Assembly (NCBI GenBank): GCA_963728255.1
Contig: CAVSJB010000004.1
Location: 818,307-882,306 of the forward strand
DNA length: 64,000 bases
DNA from: an uncultured Alphaproteobacteria bacterium
Lineage (GTDB): Bacteria; Pseudomonadota; Alphaproteobacteria; Rhodobacterales; Rhodobacteraceae
Direction: 5' to 3'
In this document: positions 21,371-31,240 of the stretch, piece after piece
Position numbering within the stretch: position 1 is the first letter of the stretch
Layout of the letters: each line of letters begins with the position of its first letter
Program-made: the position numbers and the translations under genes
The notes under the pieces: model-generated
Told to the model about the DNA's origin: nothing
Seen by the model: only the letters and a program-made list of their open reading frames with translations
Databases searched by the model: none

Positions 21371-22181
21371 CGTCCTTCTGGCGGCGGCGATCTGGGCCGC
21401 CGGCGCCGCGGCCGGCGCGGCCGGCGCGGGGCCCGAGCGTGTGGTGTCCACCAACCTTTGCACCGATCAGCTCGCGCTGCTGCTGGCCAGGCCGGGGCAG
21501 CTGGTCTCGGTCTCGACGTTGGCGCAGGATCCCGACCTGTCGGCGCTTTCCGACGCGGCGATGGCGGTGCCGGCCAATTCAGGCGGCGCGGAGGAGGTCT
21601 TCGAGCTGCGTCCCGACCTGGTGGTGGCGGGCACCTACACGACCCCCACCACGAGCGCGCTGCTGCGCCGTCTCGGGGTCGGGGTCGAGACCTTTCCCCC
21701 GGCGCGCTCCATTGCGGCGTTCCGCGACGACGTGACCCGGATGGGGCGGCTGCTGGGGCGCGAGGCGCGTGCGGACGAGGTGCTGGCGGCGTTCGACGCG
21801 GCGCTCGACCTGGTCCGCGCGGCGCCCTCGGACGACGCCCCCACTGCCGTCATCTTCGAGGCGCAGGGCTTCTCGCCGGGGGCAGACAGCCTGGCCGCTT
21901 CGCTGCTTCAGGCGGCCGGCCTGCGCGACATCGACCGCCGGCGCTCAGGCGGCTTCCTGCCGCTCGAGATCCTGGTCCTCGCGCGGCCCGACCTTCTGGT
22001 GACGGGGCGCGAGCACAGCGGCGCCGCGCGCGGCGAGGAGCTTCTGGACCATCCCGCCATTGTCGGGACCGGGGCGCGGCGGACGGCGATGAACGGCCGC
22101 TGGATCTGCGCGACGCCTGACCTGGTGGCGGAAATCGCGCGGCTGCGCGACCTGGCGGACGGGCTTGGAGCGGGCGAATGA
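21357..22181 (+). CDS. btuF: Cobalamin ABC transporter substrate-binding protein
   Basis: RVVSTNLCTDQL, LRPDLVV; operon context. Confidence 0.85.
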   Translation: MRRSSVLLAAAIWAAGAAAGAAGAGPERVVSTNLCTDQLALLLARPGQLVSVSTLAQDPDLSALSDAAMAVPANSGGAEEVFELRPDLVVAGTYTTPTTSALLRRLGVGVETFPPARSIAAFRDDVTRMGRLLGREARADEVLAAFDAALDLVRAAPSDDAPTAVIFEAQGFSPGADSLAASLLQAAGLRDIDRRRSGGFLPLEILVLARPDLLVTGREHSGAARGEELLDHPAIVGTGARRTAMNGRWICATPDLVAEIARLRDLADGLGAGE

Positions 22182-23161
22182 GCCGCGCCCTGCTTGCCGT
22201 TCTTGCCGCCGCCGTGGCGGCGCTGTTTCTCGCATCGCTCCTGACGGGGGCGGCAGACATTCCGCCCGCCGCTGCGCTCCGCGCGCTCGTCCGCGGTGGC
22301 GAGGGCCCACTTCCGGTCATCCTGCGCGAGATCCGGCTGCCGCGGGCCATTCTCGCCGCTTCGGTCGGGTTCGGCCTTGGGCTTTCGGGCGCCGCAATCC
22401 AGGGCTATCTGCGAAATCCCCTTGCCGAGCCGGGGCTTCTCGGCATCTCGGGGTCCGCCGCGCTCGGCGCCGTGATCGCCTTGCAGACCGGGCTTGCCGC
22501 GGCGTGGCCGCTGGCGCTGCCGCTCGCCGCTCTTGGCGGGTCGTGCGCCGCGGTCGCGCTGATCCTCTGGCTGGCGGGGCCGCGCGGCTCGTCGATGACG
22601 CTGATCCTCGCCGGCATCGCCATCAGCGCGCTGGCCGCCGCAGCGACTTCGCTGGCGCTCAACCTGTCGCCGAACCCTTTCGCGGCGGCCGAGACGATGT
22701 TCTGGATGATGGGATCGGTCGCCGACCGCTCCTTCGTTCATGTGGCGCTGTCGCTGCCTGCCATTGCGGCCGGATCGGCGCTGCTCCTGACGCTGGGTCG
22801 GGGGCTGGACGCGCTCACGCTTGGAGAAGACGTTGCAGAGACCCTTGGCATCCGCTTGGCCCGCCTTCGCTTTCTGCTGATCGTCGGCACGTCGGCGGCG
22901 GTTGGCGCCGGGGTTGCCGTGGCCGGGGCGATCGGCTTCGTCGGCCTTGTCGTGCCGCATGTCCTGCGGCCCTTCGTGGCGGCGCAGCCGTCGCGGCTGC
23001 TGATGGCGTCCGGGCTGGGCGGCGCCGCGCTCGTGCTCGCCGCGGACGTGGCCTCGCAGTCGATCCTGCCGGAGAAGGATCTCAAGCTCGGCGTGCTGAC
23101 CGCGCTGGTCGGGGCGCCCGTCTTCCTGCACCTGATCTACCGCACGCGGCGTGACCTTTGA
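22178..23161 (+). CDS. btuC: FecCD/BtuC-family permease
   Basis: IRLPRAILA, RNPLAEPGLLG, IGFVGLVVPH, LVGAPVF. Confidence 0.9.
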   Translation: MSRALLAVLAAAVAALFLASLLTGAADIPPAAALRALVRGGEGPLPVILREIRLPRAILAASVGFGLGLSGAAIQGYLRNPLAEPGLLGISGSAALGAVIALQTGLAAAWPLALPLAALGGSCAAVALILWLAGPRGSSMTLILAGIAISALAAAATSLALNLSPNPFAAAETMFWMMGSVADRSFVHVALSLPAIAAGSALLLTLGRGLDALTLGEDVAETLGIRLARLRFLLIVGTSAAVGAGVAVAGAIGFVGLVVPHVLRPFVAAQPSRLLMASGLGGAALVLAADVASQSILPEKDLKLGVLTALVGAPVFLHLIYRTRRDL

Positions 23162-23913
23162 GCCTCCTCGACCTCGACGATGTCTCGGTCGAACTCGGCG
23201 GGCGCCGTGTCGTCGACGGCGCGACGCTGTCTGTCGACCGGGGCGAGGTCGTGGCGCTTCTAGGTCCCAACGGGGCGGGCAAGACGACGCTCCTGCGGGC
23301 GGCGCTCGGGCTGACGCGGCACCGCGGCACGACGTCGCTGACGCTGCTGCGATATGAAGATCGGTCGCGCCACTTCGCCTGGATGCCGCAGGACCGAACG
23401 ATCGCATGGCCCGTCACCGCAGAGGCGCTGGTGACGCTCGGCAGGCTTCCCCACGGGGGCGGAGCAGGGCCGACGCGCCCTCAGGACCGCGCCGCGATCG
23501 ACGAGGCGTTCCGCCGCACCGGCCTCGACCATCTTAGGCGGCGGGTCGCGACGGAACTGTCGGGCGGAGAGCGTGCGCGGCTTCTCGTGGCGCGCCTGAT
23601 TGCCCAGCAATCGCCGCTGATCCTGGCGGACGAGCCGATTGCCGGTCTCGATCCGGCCGCTCAGATCGCAACGATGCGGCTCCTGCAGGATCTTGCGGCG
23701 GAGGGGAGGGGCGTCATTCTCTCGCTCCACGACCTGGGCTTGGCGCTGCGCCACTGCACTCGCGCGATCCTGATGAGCCGGGGTCAGATTGTCGCCGACG
23801 GGCCGCCGCGGGACGTTCTCAGCGACGCCAACGTGGCGAACGTCTTTGGCATCCGGGTTCACCGGCAGGAGAGTGCCGACGGGGCGATCCTGCAGGCTGT
23901 TGGGACGCTCTAG
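23158..23913 (+). CDS. btuD: Cobalamin ABC transporter ATPase
   Basis: GPNGAGKT, LSGGER, ADEP, SLHDL. Confidence 0.88.
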   Translation: MSLLDLDDVSVELGGRRVVDGATLSVDRGEVVALLGPNGAGKTTLLRAALGLTRHRGTTSLTLLRYEDRSRHFAWMPQDRTIAWPVTAEALVTLGRLPHGGGAGPTRPQDRAAIDEAFRRTGLDHLRRRVATELSGGERARLLVARLIAQQSPLILADEPIAGLDPAAQIATMRLLQDLAAEGRGVILSLHDLGLALRHCTRAILMSRGQIVADGPPRDVLSDANVANVFGIRVHRQESADGAILQAVGTL

Positions 23914-23979
23914 CGGAAACGCGAAAGGACGAGGCCTCGGCCCCGCCCTGCGCGTCGGGTACTCAGTTTCCAAGGCCGG

Positions 23980-24474
23980 TCAGGCCGCCTCGGCGTTCAC
24001 GCCCGACGCTGCGATCTCGGTCATGCGGCGGTCGCCGTCATACCCGCTGTCGAGGCACTTCTCGAGGATCGAGACGTCCTCCGACGCGCCGATCCGCTTG
24101 GCGAAAGCCAGCAGCGTGCCGTAGCCTGCGATCGCGTAGTGCGCGAGGCGCTGATACTGCGAGATGATGACGGCATCGCGGGTGTCGTCGTCGCCGAACT
24201 CCTCCTTGAAGACGTCCGACTCCGCCTCGGCGACGAGGCCTTCGGTGCCCTTGCAGTGCGAGCCGTTCGGGTCGCAGTCATGGCGTCGGCAGAGCTCCTC
24301 GAGATCCTTCATCCCGGCCTCGATTCCGGAGACGCCGTCGGCGAGGGCGCTCTTCAGCTCGTCGTTGCTGGCCGCTTCGTGCAGCCGGTTCGTGATCCCG
24401 CGCGACTGCTTGCAGGAGCTGTAGAGGTCCTGAAGCTGGTCCTTGTAGACGTCCTTGAGGTTGTTCAGAGCCAT
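23980..24474 (-). CDS. DUF892 / YciF ferritin-like stress protein
   Basis: LQDLYS...CKGTEGLVAE...RDAVIISQYQRLAHYAIAGYGTL. Confidence 0.88.
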   Translation of the reverse strand: MALNNLKDVYKDQLQDLYSSCKQSRGITNRLHEAASNDELKSALADGVSGIEAGMKDLEELCRRHDCDPNGSHCKGTEGLVAEAESDVFKEEFGDDDTRDAVIISQYQRLAHYAIAGYGTLLAFAKRIGASEDVSILEKCLDSGYDGDRRMTEIAASGVNAEAA

Positions 24475-24536
24475 CGTTTCCTCCTTGCGTTCAATCTTGG
24501 CCGGTCAACGTGGCGAGGCGGCGCTTGTTCCGCGCG

Positions 24537-25856
24537 CTAGAGCGGCAGGACGATGTCCGCCCGCAACCCGCCGAGCCGGTCGCTGCGGTCGAGCCGCAAG
24601 GTGCCGCCGTGGCGACGCGCGATGTCATGGGCGATGGCGAGACCGAGGCCCACTCCCGCGCCGCGATCCTGGTTGCGCGCGCTGTCGAGACGGCTGAACG
24701 GCTTGAGCGCCTGGCCGCGCGCCTCCGGCGGTATTCCAGGCCCGTCGTCCTCCACCGTGAAGCGCACCGATTTTTCGCCCGCCGCCAGGCTCAGCTCCGC
24801 GCGCGTGCCGTAGCGCACCGCATTCCCGACGAGGTTGTCGAGCGCGCGCTCGATCGCCAGAGGGTGCAGCCGCACCGTCCCCGCGCGGTCGACCCGCCCG
24901 GTCGTGACGGCCTGGCCGGCGCGGCGTGCTTTGCTGACAACCGAGGCCACGACGTCAGCAGGTTCCACGTCTTCGAGCGCGTCCATGGCTTCACCGCGAG
25001 CGAATGCGAGGAACGCATCGAGCAGCCGCTCCATGTCCTCCACGTCGCGGCGCATCCCGAGAACCTCGGGGCTCTCCTCCATCATCGACAGCTCGAGCTT
25101 TAGGCGCGTGATCGGAGTCCGCAGGTCATGGCTGACGCCCGACAGCATCATCGTGCGCTGCTCGATCTGGCGCTCGATGCGGTTTCTCATGTCGAGAAAG
25201 GCGCTGCCCGCCGCCCGGACCTCGGTCGCGCCCTGCGGCTTGTAGGGCTCCACCCGGCCGCGGCCGAAGGCTTGCGCCGCCCGCGCAAGGCGCGCGATCG
25301 GGCGAACCTGGTTCCGCAGGAAGAGGAACGCCACAAGCGTCATCAGTACGCTGGTGAAGGTCATCAGCACGAGCAGCTGGTGCGGGTTGGACGCCGAAAC
25401 CCGCCGCCGCGCGAAGGTGATCGAGACCTGGCCATTGGCGGTGTCGACGAACGCCGTGACGGTCCGGTCACTCGACGCGAGGTCGACGGCTTCGACCCGC
25501 GGAAGCCCCTCGCGCAGCACCGGGATCACCACTCGGCCCGAAAGGTCGTACCAGCGTCGCGTGTCGGCTGGCGGAACCGCAGGATCCCACCGCAGATCGA
25601 GGTCCAGCGGGTCGAGGAGCGGGGCCACCCGCGCCTCCGCCGCCGGACGGTCGGGCGCCGCATCGATCTCCTCCACCAGGTGGCGCATCTCGACCAGCAC
25701 GTTGCGGGTCATCTGCTCGGTCACGTCGGCGTAGAGCCGCTGGATGAATACCACCGCGACCACCGTCTGGATCGTCAGCACCGGAAGCAGCAGGATCAGC
25801 GCCGCGCGGCCGTAGAGCGACCGCGGCATCGACCGTTTGAGCCACGAAAAGAACAT
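24537..25856 (-). CDS. EnvZ-like sensor histidine kinase
   Basis: 2 TM, HAMP, VSHDLRTP H-box, NLVGNA, VEDDGPG, GVGLGL. Confidence 0.92.
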   Translation of the reverse strand: MFFSWLKRSMPRSLYGRAALILLLPVLTIQTVVAVVFIQRLYADVTEQMTRNVLVEMRHLVEEIDAAPDRPAAEARVAPLLDPLDLDLRWDPAVPPADTRRWYDLSGRVVIPVLREGLPRVEAVDLASSDRTVTAFVDTANGQVSITFARRRVSASNPHQLLVLMTFTSVLMTLVAFLFLRNQVRPIARLARAAQAFGRGRVEPYKPQGATEVRAAGSAFLDMRNRIERQIEQRTMMLSGVSHDLRTPITRLKLELSMMEESPEVLGMRRDVEDMERLLDAFLAFARGEAMDALEDVEPADVVASVVSKARRAGQAVTTGRVDRAGTVRLHPLAIERALDNLVGNAVRYGTRAELSLAAGEKSVRFTVEDDGPGIPPEARGQALKPFSRLDSARNQDRGAGVGLGLAIAHDIARRHGGTLRLDRSDRLGGLRADIVLPL

Positions 25857-25896
25857 CTCTAGAGCTATAGCCGTTGGCCGAGCCGAAGGAAGCGCG

Positions 25897-26769
25897 ATGG
25901 ACGATCTGCTGGAACCGGGGGTTCTGCGCGTGCGGGCGCCGAACCCGTCGCCGATGACCGAGCGCGGCACCAACACCTACCTCGTGGGCGAGGACGCGCT
26001 CGCGGTGATCGACCCCGGCCCCGACGATGCCGGCCACCGCGCCCGGCTCATCGAGGCGACAAGGGGGCGACCAGTCGCGGCCGTGATCGTAACCCACGCC
26101 CATCTCGACCACTCCGCGGGGGCGAGGGCGCTGGCCGACGCCGTGAGGGCTCCGCTCCTCGCGTTCGGACCGCCCGACGCCGGGCGCAGCGATGTGATGC
26201 AACGTCTGGTGGCCGAGGGTCTTGCCGGCGGCGGCGAAGGCGTCGATACAGACTTCCGCCCCGACCGCGCGATAGGCGATGGCGACAGCCTGGAGCTCTG
26301 CGGCGAGCGGCTCGAGGTGCTCTGGACGCCGGGGCACTTTGCCGGACACATCTGCATCGCCCATCGGGGCGCGCTCTTCACCGGCGACCACGTCATGGAC
26401 TGGGCAAGCTCGATCGTGTCGCCGCCGGATGGTGACCTCTCGCAGTTCATGGCCTCGTGCGAAGCGCTCCTGCAACGGCGGGACCGACGGTTCTTTCCCG
26501 GTCACGGCGCGCCGGTCGATGATCCCCGGGGGCGGCTGGAATGGCTGTTGGCCCACAGGCGCGAGCGGGAACGCGAGATCCTGAGGCATCTTGCACACGG
26601 CGCCGCGACAGTAGAGGCTCTGTCGCGGAGCATCTACGTCGACATCCCGCCGCCGCTCCACTTCGCAGCGCGTCGTAATGTCTTTGCGCACCTGATTGAT
26701 CTGCAAGCCAGATCCGTGGTGATCGCTGTCCCGCGGCTGGACCTCGCTGCGACCTTCCGTCTCGCCTGA
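25897..26769 (+). CDS. MBL-fold metallo-hydrolase (LACTB2-like)
   Basis: APNPSPMT..GTNTY, THAHLDH, TPGH, TGDHVM, PGHG. Confidence 0.92.
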   Translation: MDDLLEPGVLRVRAPNPSPMTERGTNTYLVGEDALAVIDPGPDDAGHRARLIEATRGRPVAAVIVTHAHLDHSAGARALADAVRAPLLAFGPPDAGRSDVMQRLVAEGLAGGGEGVDTDFRPDRAIGDGDSLELCGERLEVLWTPGHFAGHICIAHRGALFTGDHVMDWASSIVSPPDGDLSQFMASCEALLQRRDRRFFPGHGAPVDDPRGRLEWLLAHRREREREILRHLAHGAATVEALSRSIYVDIPPPLHFAARRNVFAHLIDLQARSVVIAVPRLDLAATFRLA

Positions 26770-26840
26770 CCCAACCGTTCTGCGGTCTGGCTCGAGGGGC
26801 TGGACGCCGCCACGCGCCCTTGCTATACGCCCCTGCACGT

Positions 26841-26915
26841 TCCGGCGTAGCTCAGTGGTAGAGCAGTTGACTGTTAATCAATTGGTCGTAGGTTCGAATC
26901 CTACCGCCGGAGCCA
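26841..26915 (+). tRNA. tRNA-Asn (GTT)
   Basis: TCCGGCG acceptor stem, anticodon loop CTGTTAA, GTTCGAATC T-loop, encoded CCA. Confidence 0.97.
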
Positions 26916-27020
26916 ATACCCCAAAAAGCCACTGAAGTCAAAGCTCTGCGCTGCAATCCGGCGCCGGAGTTGCTGATGTGACACCCGCTGCGACACAAGA
27001 GTTGCGAAAGGGTCGCACAC

Positions 27021-28544
27021 ATGGCCGCACACACGCCCTACCTGCTCCGCCGCGGGGCGACTCTGGTCTTCCGCCGCCGCCTCCCGAACGCCGCCCGGCC
27101 GTTCTTCCGAAAAAAGTTTTTCGTCCTCTCGCTTCGGACGCACCTCCTCGCCCAGGCGCGGAGGCGGGCCGCGATCGCGACCCGCTTCACCGACGACCTC
27201 ATCGGACTGATCGAGGCGTGCGGAGCGGACATGCTCATAGAACGGCAGATGGATGCGGTGGTCGACGAACTGATCCGCTTCGAGATCGCGGCAGCGGAGG
27301 CGCTGCGCGAGACCGCCGGGCCGCGCGCGCCGGACGCGATCGCCGCCGCCGTTCGCCTGCAAGAGGCGACCCGGGAGACATTGCGGGCGGCGCTCGTCTA
27401 CAACGACTTCCGGGCCGCAGAGGCGCCGCTGGCGCGGACGCTCGCGCGGCTCTGGCTCGCCGTGGGGCCGGGGGCCGAGGACTGGCCTTGCGTCGCCCGG
27501 CGCGCGGCGCGCGCACTGATCGAGGTGGCCAAGGAGAACCTCCGCCGCGAGCAGGGCATCTATGCCAGCGACGGCCGGCGTGCCGGAGCGCTCGCCGCCG
27601 GGCGCGGCGCGACTCCGGCCGCGGTCCCGGTCGCCGCCGCGGCGATGCCGGTGCTGCCGCCGGCGCCGGCCGCGCCATCCGCGACGCCGATTGCCGAGAT
27701 GCATCCGGACCAGGAGCCGGAGATCCCCACCGTTTCGGCCACCGCCGCGACCGCCGCCCCGCTCGTCGTCCGGACGCCCGCGCCGCCCGCGGGTGCCGCC
27801 GACGCCGAGCCGCGCCGGTTGCCCGATACGCCGCCCGCGCGCGCCATCGCGGCAGACGCCGCGCCGGGAGTGCCGGCGAGCGTGACGCCTCAGATCGAGC
27901 GGGAACGGATGCCCGGGCCGGCCGCGGTCCAGGCCCGGGACCTGTTGCCCGAACCGGAGCAGCCGGTGCCGGCGCGCGCGCCGGGGTCCGAGCCCGCCGT
28001 GATCCGCGTCCTGAGCCCCGAATCTGGTGTTTCCCCATCGGCACGGATCGCGGCGGAGGCAGCCGCCGGCGCCGGGGGCGACAAGCTGAAGGACCTGCTC
28101 GCGACCTCCGCCTTCGTGGTGCCCCTTGCCAAAGGGGAGGACCCGCACATCGTCTTCTGGCCGACGCTTCTCGCCGCCCATGCCGGCCTGCGCGAGGAGG
28201 AGGCGCTGCAACTCACCACCGACGACATCGACATCATGCAGGGAGTCCCGATCCTGCGCATCCAGAGCGGCGAAGGGCAGCTCATCAAGGGCGGCCGCCG
28301 CTGCCGGATCATCCCGATCCACCGCAACCTGATCGCGCTCGGCTTCCTCCGCTTCGTCGAGGAGCGGCGCCGTAGCGGCCAGCTCTGGCTCTTCCCCGAG
28401 GTCGAGCGCTGCGCCGCCAAGGGGCGGCTCTCCGGCACCTTCACCAAGACCTTCACGCGCTACCGGATTGCCGAAGGCGTCTACGACCCTCGGCGGGACT
28501 TCCACTCGCTCCGGACCCACTTCAACGTGGAGCTGAAGCGCGAC
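27021..28544 (+). pseudogene. DUF6538-type tyrosine integrase truncated before its catalytic Tyr
   Basis: N-terminal YLLRRGATLVFRRRLP...SLRT; HAGLREEEALQL (R) and FHSLR (HxxR); homology stops at an IS5 remnant, and the rest of the 675-aa ORF looks like read-through. Confidence 0.85.
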
Positions 28545-28767
28545 CTAGAGCCGGTCGAACTCGGCATCCATGCTGGTCAGTGCGTCGTTGACGATCTCGC
28601 GGACCTTCCGCAGCGGGTGCCGCGTGGGGATGCGCTCATCGAGGTCCACGTAGCTGAACAGCGACCCCGTCGCCCCGTCAGTCCCGCGCATCACCGCCCC
28701 CAGCTGCTCAGCAGCGGTGAATTATGTTCCCCATACTGCGTCGAGCGGCGAGTTCTTCAGCGGCCTG
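28545..28767 (-). mobile_element. IS5-family remnant (left end plus first 48 codons of the transposase)
   Basis: Minus-strand 28691..28545 reads MRGTDGATGSLFSYVDLDERIPTRHPLRKVREIVNDALTSMDAEFDRL*; end CAGGCCGCTGAAGAACTC next to CTAA/TTAG. Confidence 0.85.
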
Positions 28768-29144
28768 TTAGAAGCTCTGGGCACGGCTTGACAGACGTCG
28801 CCGGCGGCGAGATCCGAATGCGTCCATCATTTGGACGCTTGCAGAATCAACAATCGCTCGTGAGCGGAAAGTACGCAGTTCTCGACTCTTCCAGATCTCG
28901 TGCCCTCCTCATTGCCGGCCGTGAAGGTCTCGACCAGATCGCCGCCGCGTCGCCGGCCGACTCGGAGCCCGCCGAACCAGATCGGCAGATCTTCGATGTA
29001 AAGAGCCAACCCTTGCAAGTGCATTCCGTGCCGCGAACAGAGAAATAGGTAATTGTCGATGAAAGACTGAATCTCAGTCGCGCTGCGCCTCGAAGGTTTC
29101 ATTGATCACCTTGTGCAGAACCGCCTTGACTGCCGGCGGGTAGT

Positions 29145-30203
29145 TGTCCCATCCCGGACGATCACATAGATCCTCGCCGCTCGTCCTTGTTCATGGCACG
29201 GTCGCTGCTTGGTGAGGTTCGGGACGGGAGGCGGACATGCTGATCTCTCTGCACAAGCAGGCGACAACGACGCCGAAGGTCCGCGCCGCGATCCAGGCGA
29301 GTACCGAGCCAGCCTGGATGCTGGCAGAGCGCCACGGCATTTCCGAGCAGACGGTCTGGAAGTGGCGCAAGCGGGACGGCGTGCATGACCGCAGCCACAC
29401 GGCACACCGGTTGCAGACGACGCTGACGCCCGCTCAGGAGGCGGTTGCGGTGGCGCTTCGGACGACCCTTCTGCTGCCGCTGGACGACCTGCTCGCGGTG
29501 GCACGCGAGTTCCTCAACCCGCACGTCTCCCGCTCCGGGCTCGACCGTTGCCTGCGGCGGCATGGCGTTGGGAACCTGCGGGAGCTGAAGCCGAAGGTGG
29601 TGAAGCCCGCATATCAGCCGTTCAAGGCGTACGAGCCGGGCTACCTGCACCTCGACGTCAAGTACCTGCCGCAGATGGCCGACGAGCAGCGCCGCCGCTA
29701 CCTCTTCGTTGCAATCGACCGTGCGACGAGGTGGGTCTTCGTGCGCGTCTACCGGGCCAAGACCGCCGCCAATGCCCGCCGCTTCCTACGCGACCTCGAG
29801 CGCACCGCGCCGATGAAGATCAGCCGCGTTCTGACCGACAACGGCAAGGAGTTCACCGACCGGCTCTTCGGTCTGCGCCGTCGTGCCGCCACGGGAAACC
29901 ACGACTTCGACCGCCTCTGCACCGAGCTCGACATCGAGCACCGCCTGGCGCCGCCGCGGCGGCCGCAAACGAACGGCATGGCCGAGCGTTTCAACGGCCG
30001 CATCGAGGACGTCCTGCAAAGCCACCGCTTCCGCAGCGGCGAGGACCTCGAGCAGACCATCCTGCGCTATGTCCGCCTGTACAATACCCAGCTGCCGCAG
30101 TCCGTCCTGAAAGGAGGCACGCCGATCGAGGCGCTCAAGGACTGGCACCGCCGCAGACCAGAGCTCTTCAGGAAGCAGCCATACAATCACGCGGGATGTG
30201 ACA
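29145..30203 (+). mobile_element. IS481-family insertion sequence
   Basis: Terminal IRs TGTCCCATCCCG / CGGGATGTGACA (TGT...ACA) around a DDE transposase. Confidence 0.9.
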
Positions 30204-30238
30204 GTTACGCTTCCGACACTCGCCGCACTGAGGGTTAG
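29237..30238 (+). CDS. IS481-family transposase
   Basis: MLISLHKQATTTPKVR, HLDVKYLP, AIDRATR, LTDNGKEF, PQTNGMAERFN; stop lies beyond the right IR. Confidence 0.93.
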   Translation: MLISLHKQATTTPKVRAAIQASTEPAWMLAERHGISEQTVWKWRKRDGVHDRSHTAHRLQTTLTPAQEAVAVALRTTLLLPLDDLLAVAREFLNPHVSRSGLDRCLRRHGVGNLRELKPKVVKPAYQPFKAYEPGYLHLDVKYLPQMADEQRRRYLFVAIDRATRWVFVRVYRAKTAANARRFLRDLERTAPMKISRVLTDNGKEFTDRLFGLRRRAATGNHDFDRLCTELDIEHRLAPPRRPQTNGMAERFNGRIEDVLQSHRFRSGEDLEQTILRYVRLYNTQLPQSVLKGGTPIEALKDWHRRRPELFRKQPYNHAGCDSYASDTRRTEG

Positions 30239-30403
30239 CGACCGGTTTCGGCTGGCATCAGCCGATTGCAGGCGCGGCATCTGGAGCATTGGCGCCGGTC
30301 AAGATGGGCTCGGAGCCGACCTTCGGCAGCGCGGCGTGGTACGGTGTGGCGCCGACATGGTGCCGGCGATGAGGGGGCATGCGGTGGAGAGGAGGAACCA
30401 CCC

Positions 30404-31036
30404 ATGTCGACTGTGAACCTTCCTGCCACCCGTGCCTGCCGACCGGCTTGGAACAAGGGCCGCATCGTCGGCCAGAAGCGCCCACTGATGCCAAAGCACG
30501 TCTGGACAATCCGCGTTCGGCTCGAACTCGCCGGTCGCATCCGCGACCTCGCCCTCTTCAATCTCGCCATCGACAGCAAGCTGCGCGGCTGCGATCTTGT
30601 TCGTCTAAAGGTCGCCGAGGTTTTCTCAGCCGGCCAGGTCCGGGAGCGCGCTTCTATCATCCAGAGCAAGACCAGCCGGCCTGTCCGCTTCGAGATCACC
30701 GAAGGCACGCGCAATTCCCTCGAGGCCTGGCTCCAAGACCCGGCGATGATCGGCTCGGAGTATCTATGGCCCGGACGCTTCCACGAACGGCTCCACATAT
30801 CGACCCGGCAGTATGCCCGCCTCGTCCAGGAGTGGGTCAGCTCGATCGGTCTTGAGCCGAGTTCGTATGGAACCCACTCGATGCGCCGAACCAAGGTCTC
30901 CCAGATCTACCGCAAGACGGGAAATCTCCGAGCCGTCCAACTGCTGCTCGGTCATACGAAGATGGACAGCACCGTCCGGTATCTTGGAGTTGAGCTCGAG
31001 GATGCACTCGCGATCTCGGAAGCCGTTGAGATCTGA
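30404..31036 (+). CDS. Small stand-alone tyrosine recombinase (210 aa)
   Basis: PAWNKGRIVGQKRPL N-terminus; DSKLRGCDL (R), QSKT (K), HSMRRT (HxxR), LLGH, VRY (Y); RBS GAGGAGG. Confidence 0.93.
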   Translation: MSTVNLPATRACRPAWNKGRIVGQKRPLMPKHVWTIRVRLELAGRIRDLALFNLAIDSKLRGCDLVRLKVAEVFSAGQVRERASIIQSKTSRPVRFEITEGTRNSLEAWLQDPAMIGSEYLWPGRFHERLHISTRQYARLVQEWVSSIGLEPSSYGTHSMRRTKVSQIYRKTGNLRAVQLLLGHTKMDSTVRYLGVELEDALAISEAVEI

Positions 31037-31071
31037 TCCTCAGGGCCGTCCTTCGCGGACGGCCCTGAGGA
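31037..31071 (+). terminator. Perfect 15-bp-stem hairpin directly after the recombinase stop
   Basis: TCCTCAGGGCCGTCC-TTCGC-GGACGGCCCTGAGGA; no U-tract; its right arm is the start of repeat R1. Confidence 0.55.
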
Positions 31072-31126
31072 GGCGCTCGCTCGCGCTTTGTGCCGCCGCG
31101 GCGCGGCTAAAGATAGCGGACCTTTG
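31057..31126 (+). repeat. Module-boundary repeat R1 (putative recombination site)
   Basis: GGACGGCCC-N28-CGCCGCGGCGC then AGCGGACCTTTG. Confidence 0.7.
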
Positions 31127-31240
31127 TTGATATGCCGGCTGACGCATCGCAACGGCCGCGACAGCGCATGCCGCCACCTCGGCATCCGTCGAGGAACGCG
31201 AAAGCCTCTGAAGGTCCGGGAGCTCAACGACCAGCCAACC

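Noticed and set aside
24537-25856. Orphan histidine kinase
   Set aside because: Ordinary EnvZ-like architecture; a distant cognate regulator is common.
27021-29048. 675-aa ORF as a novel integrase fusion
   Set aside because: The tail after about 28545 is read-through across the antisense strand of an IS5 fragment.
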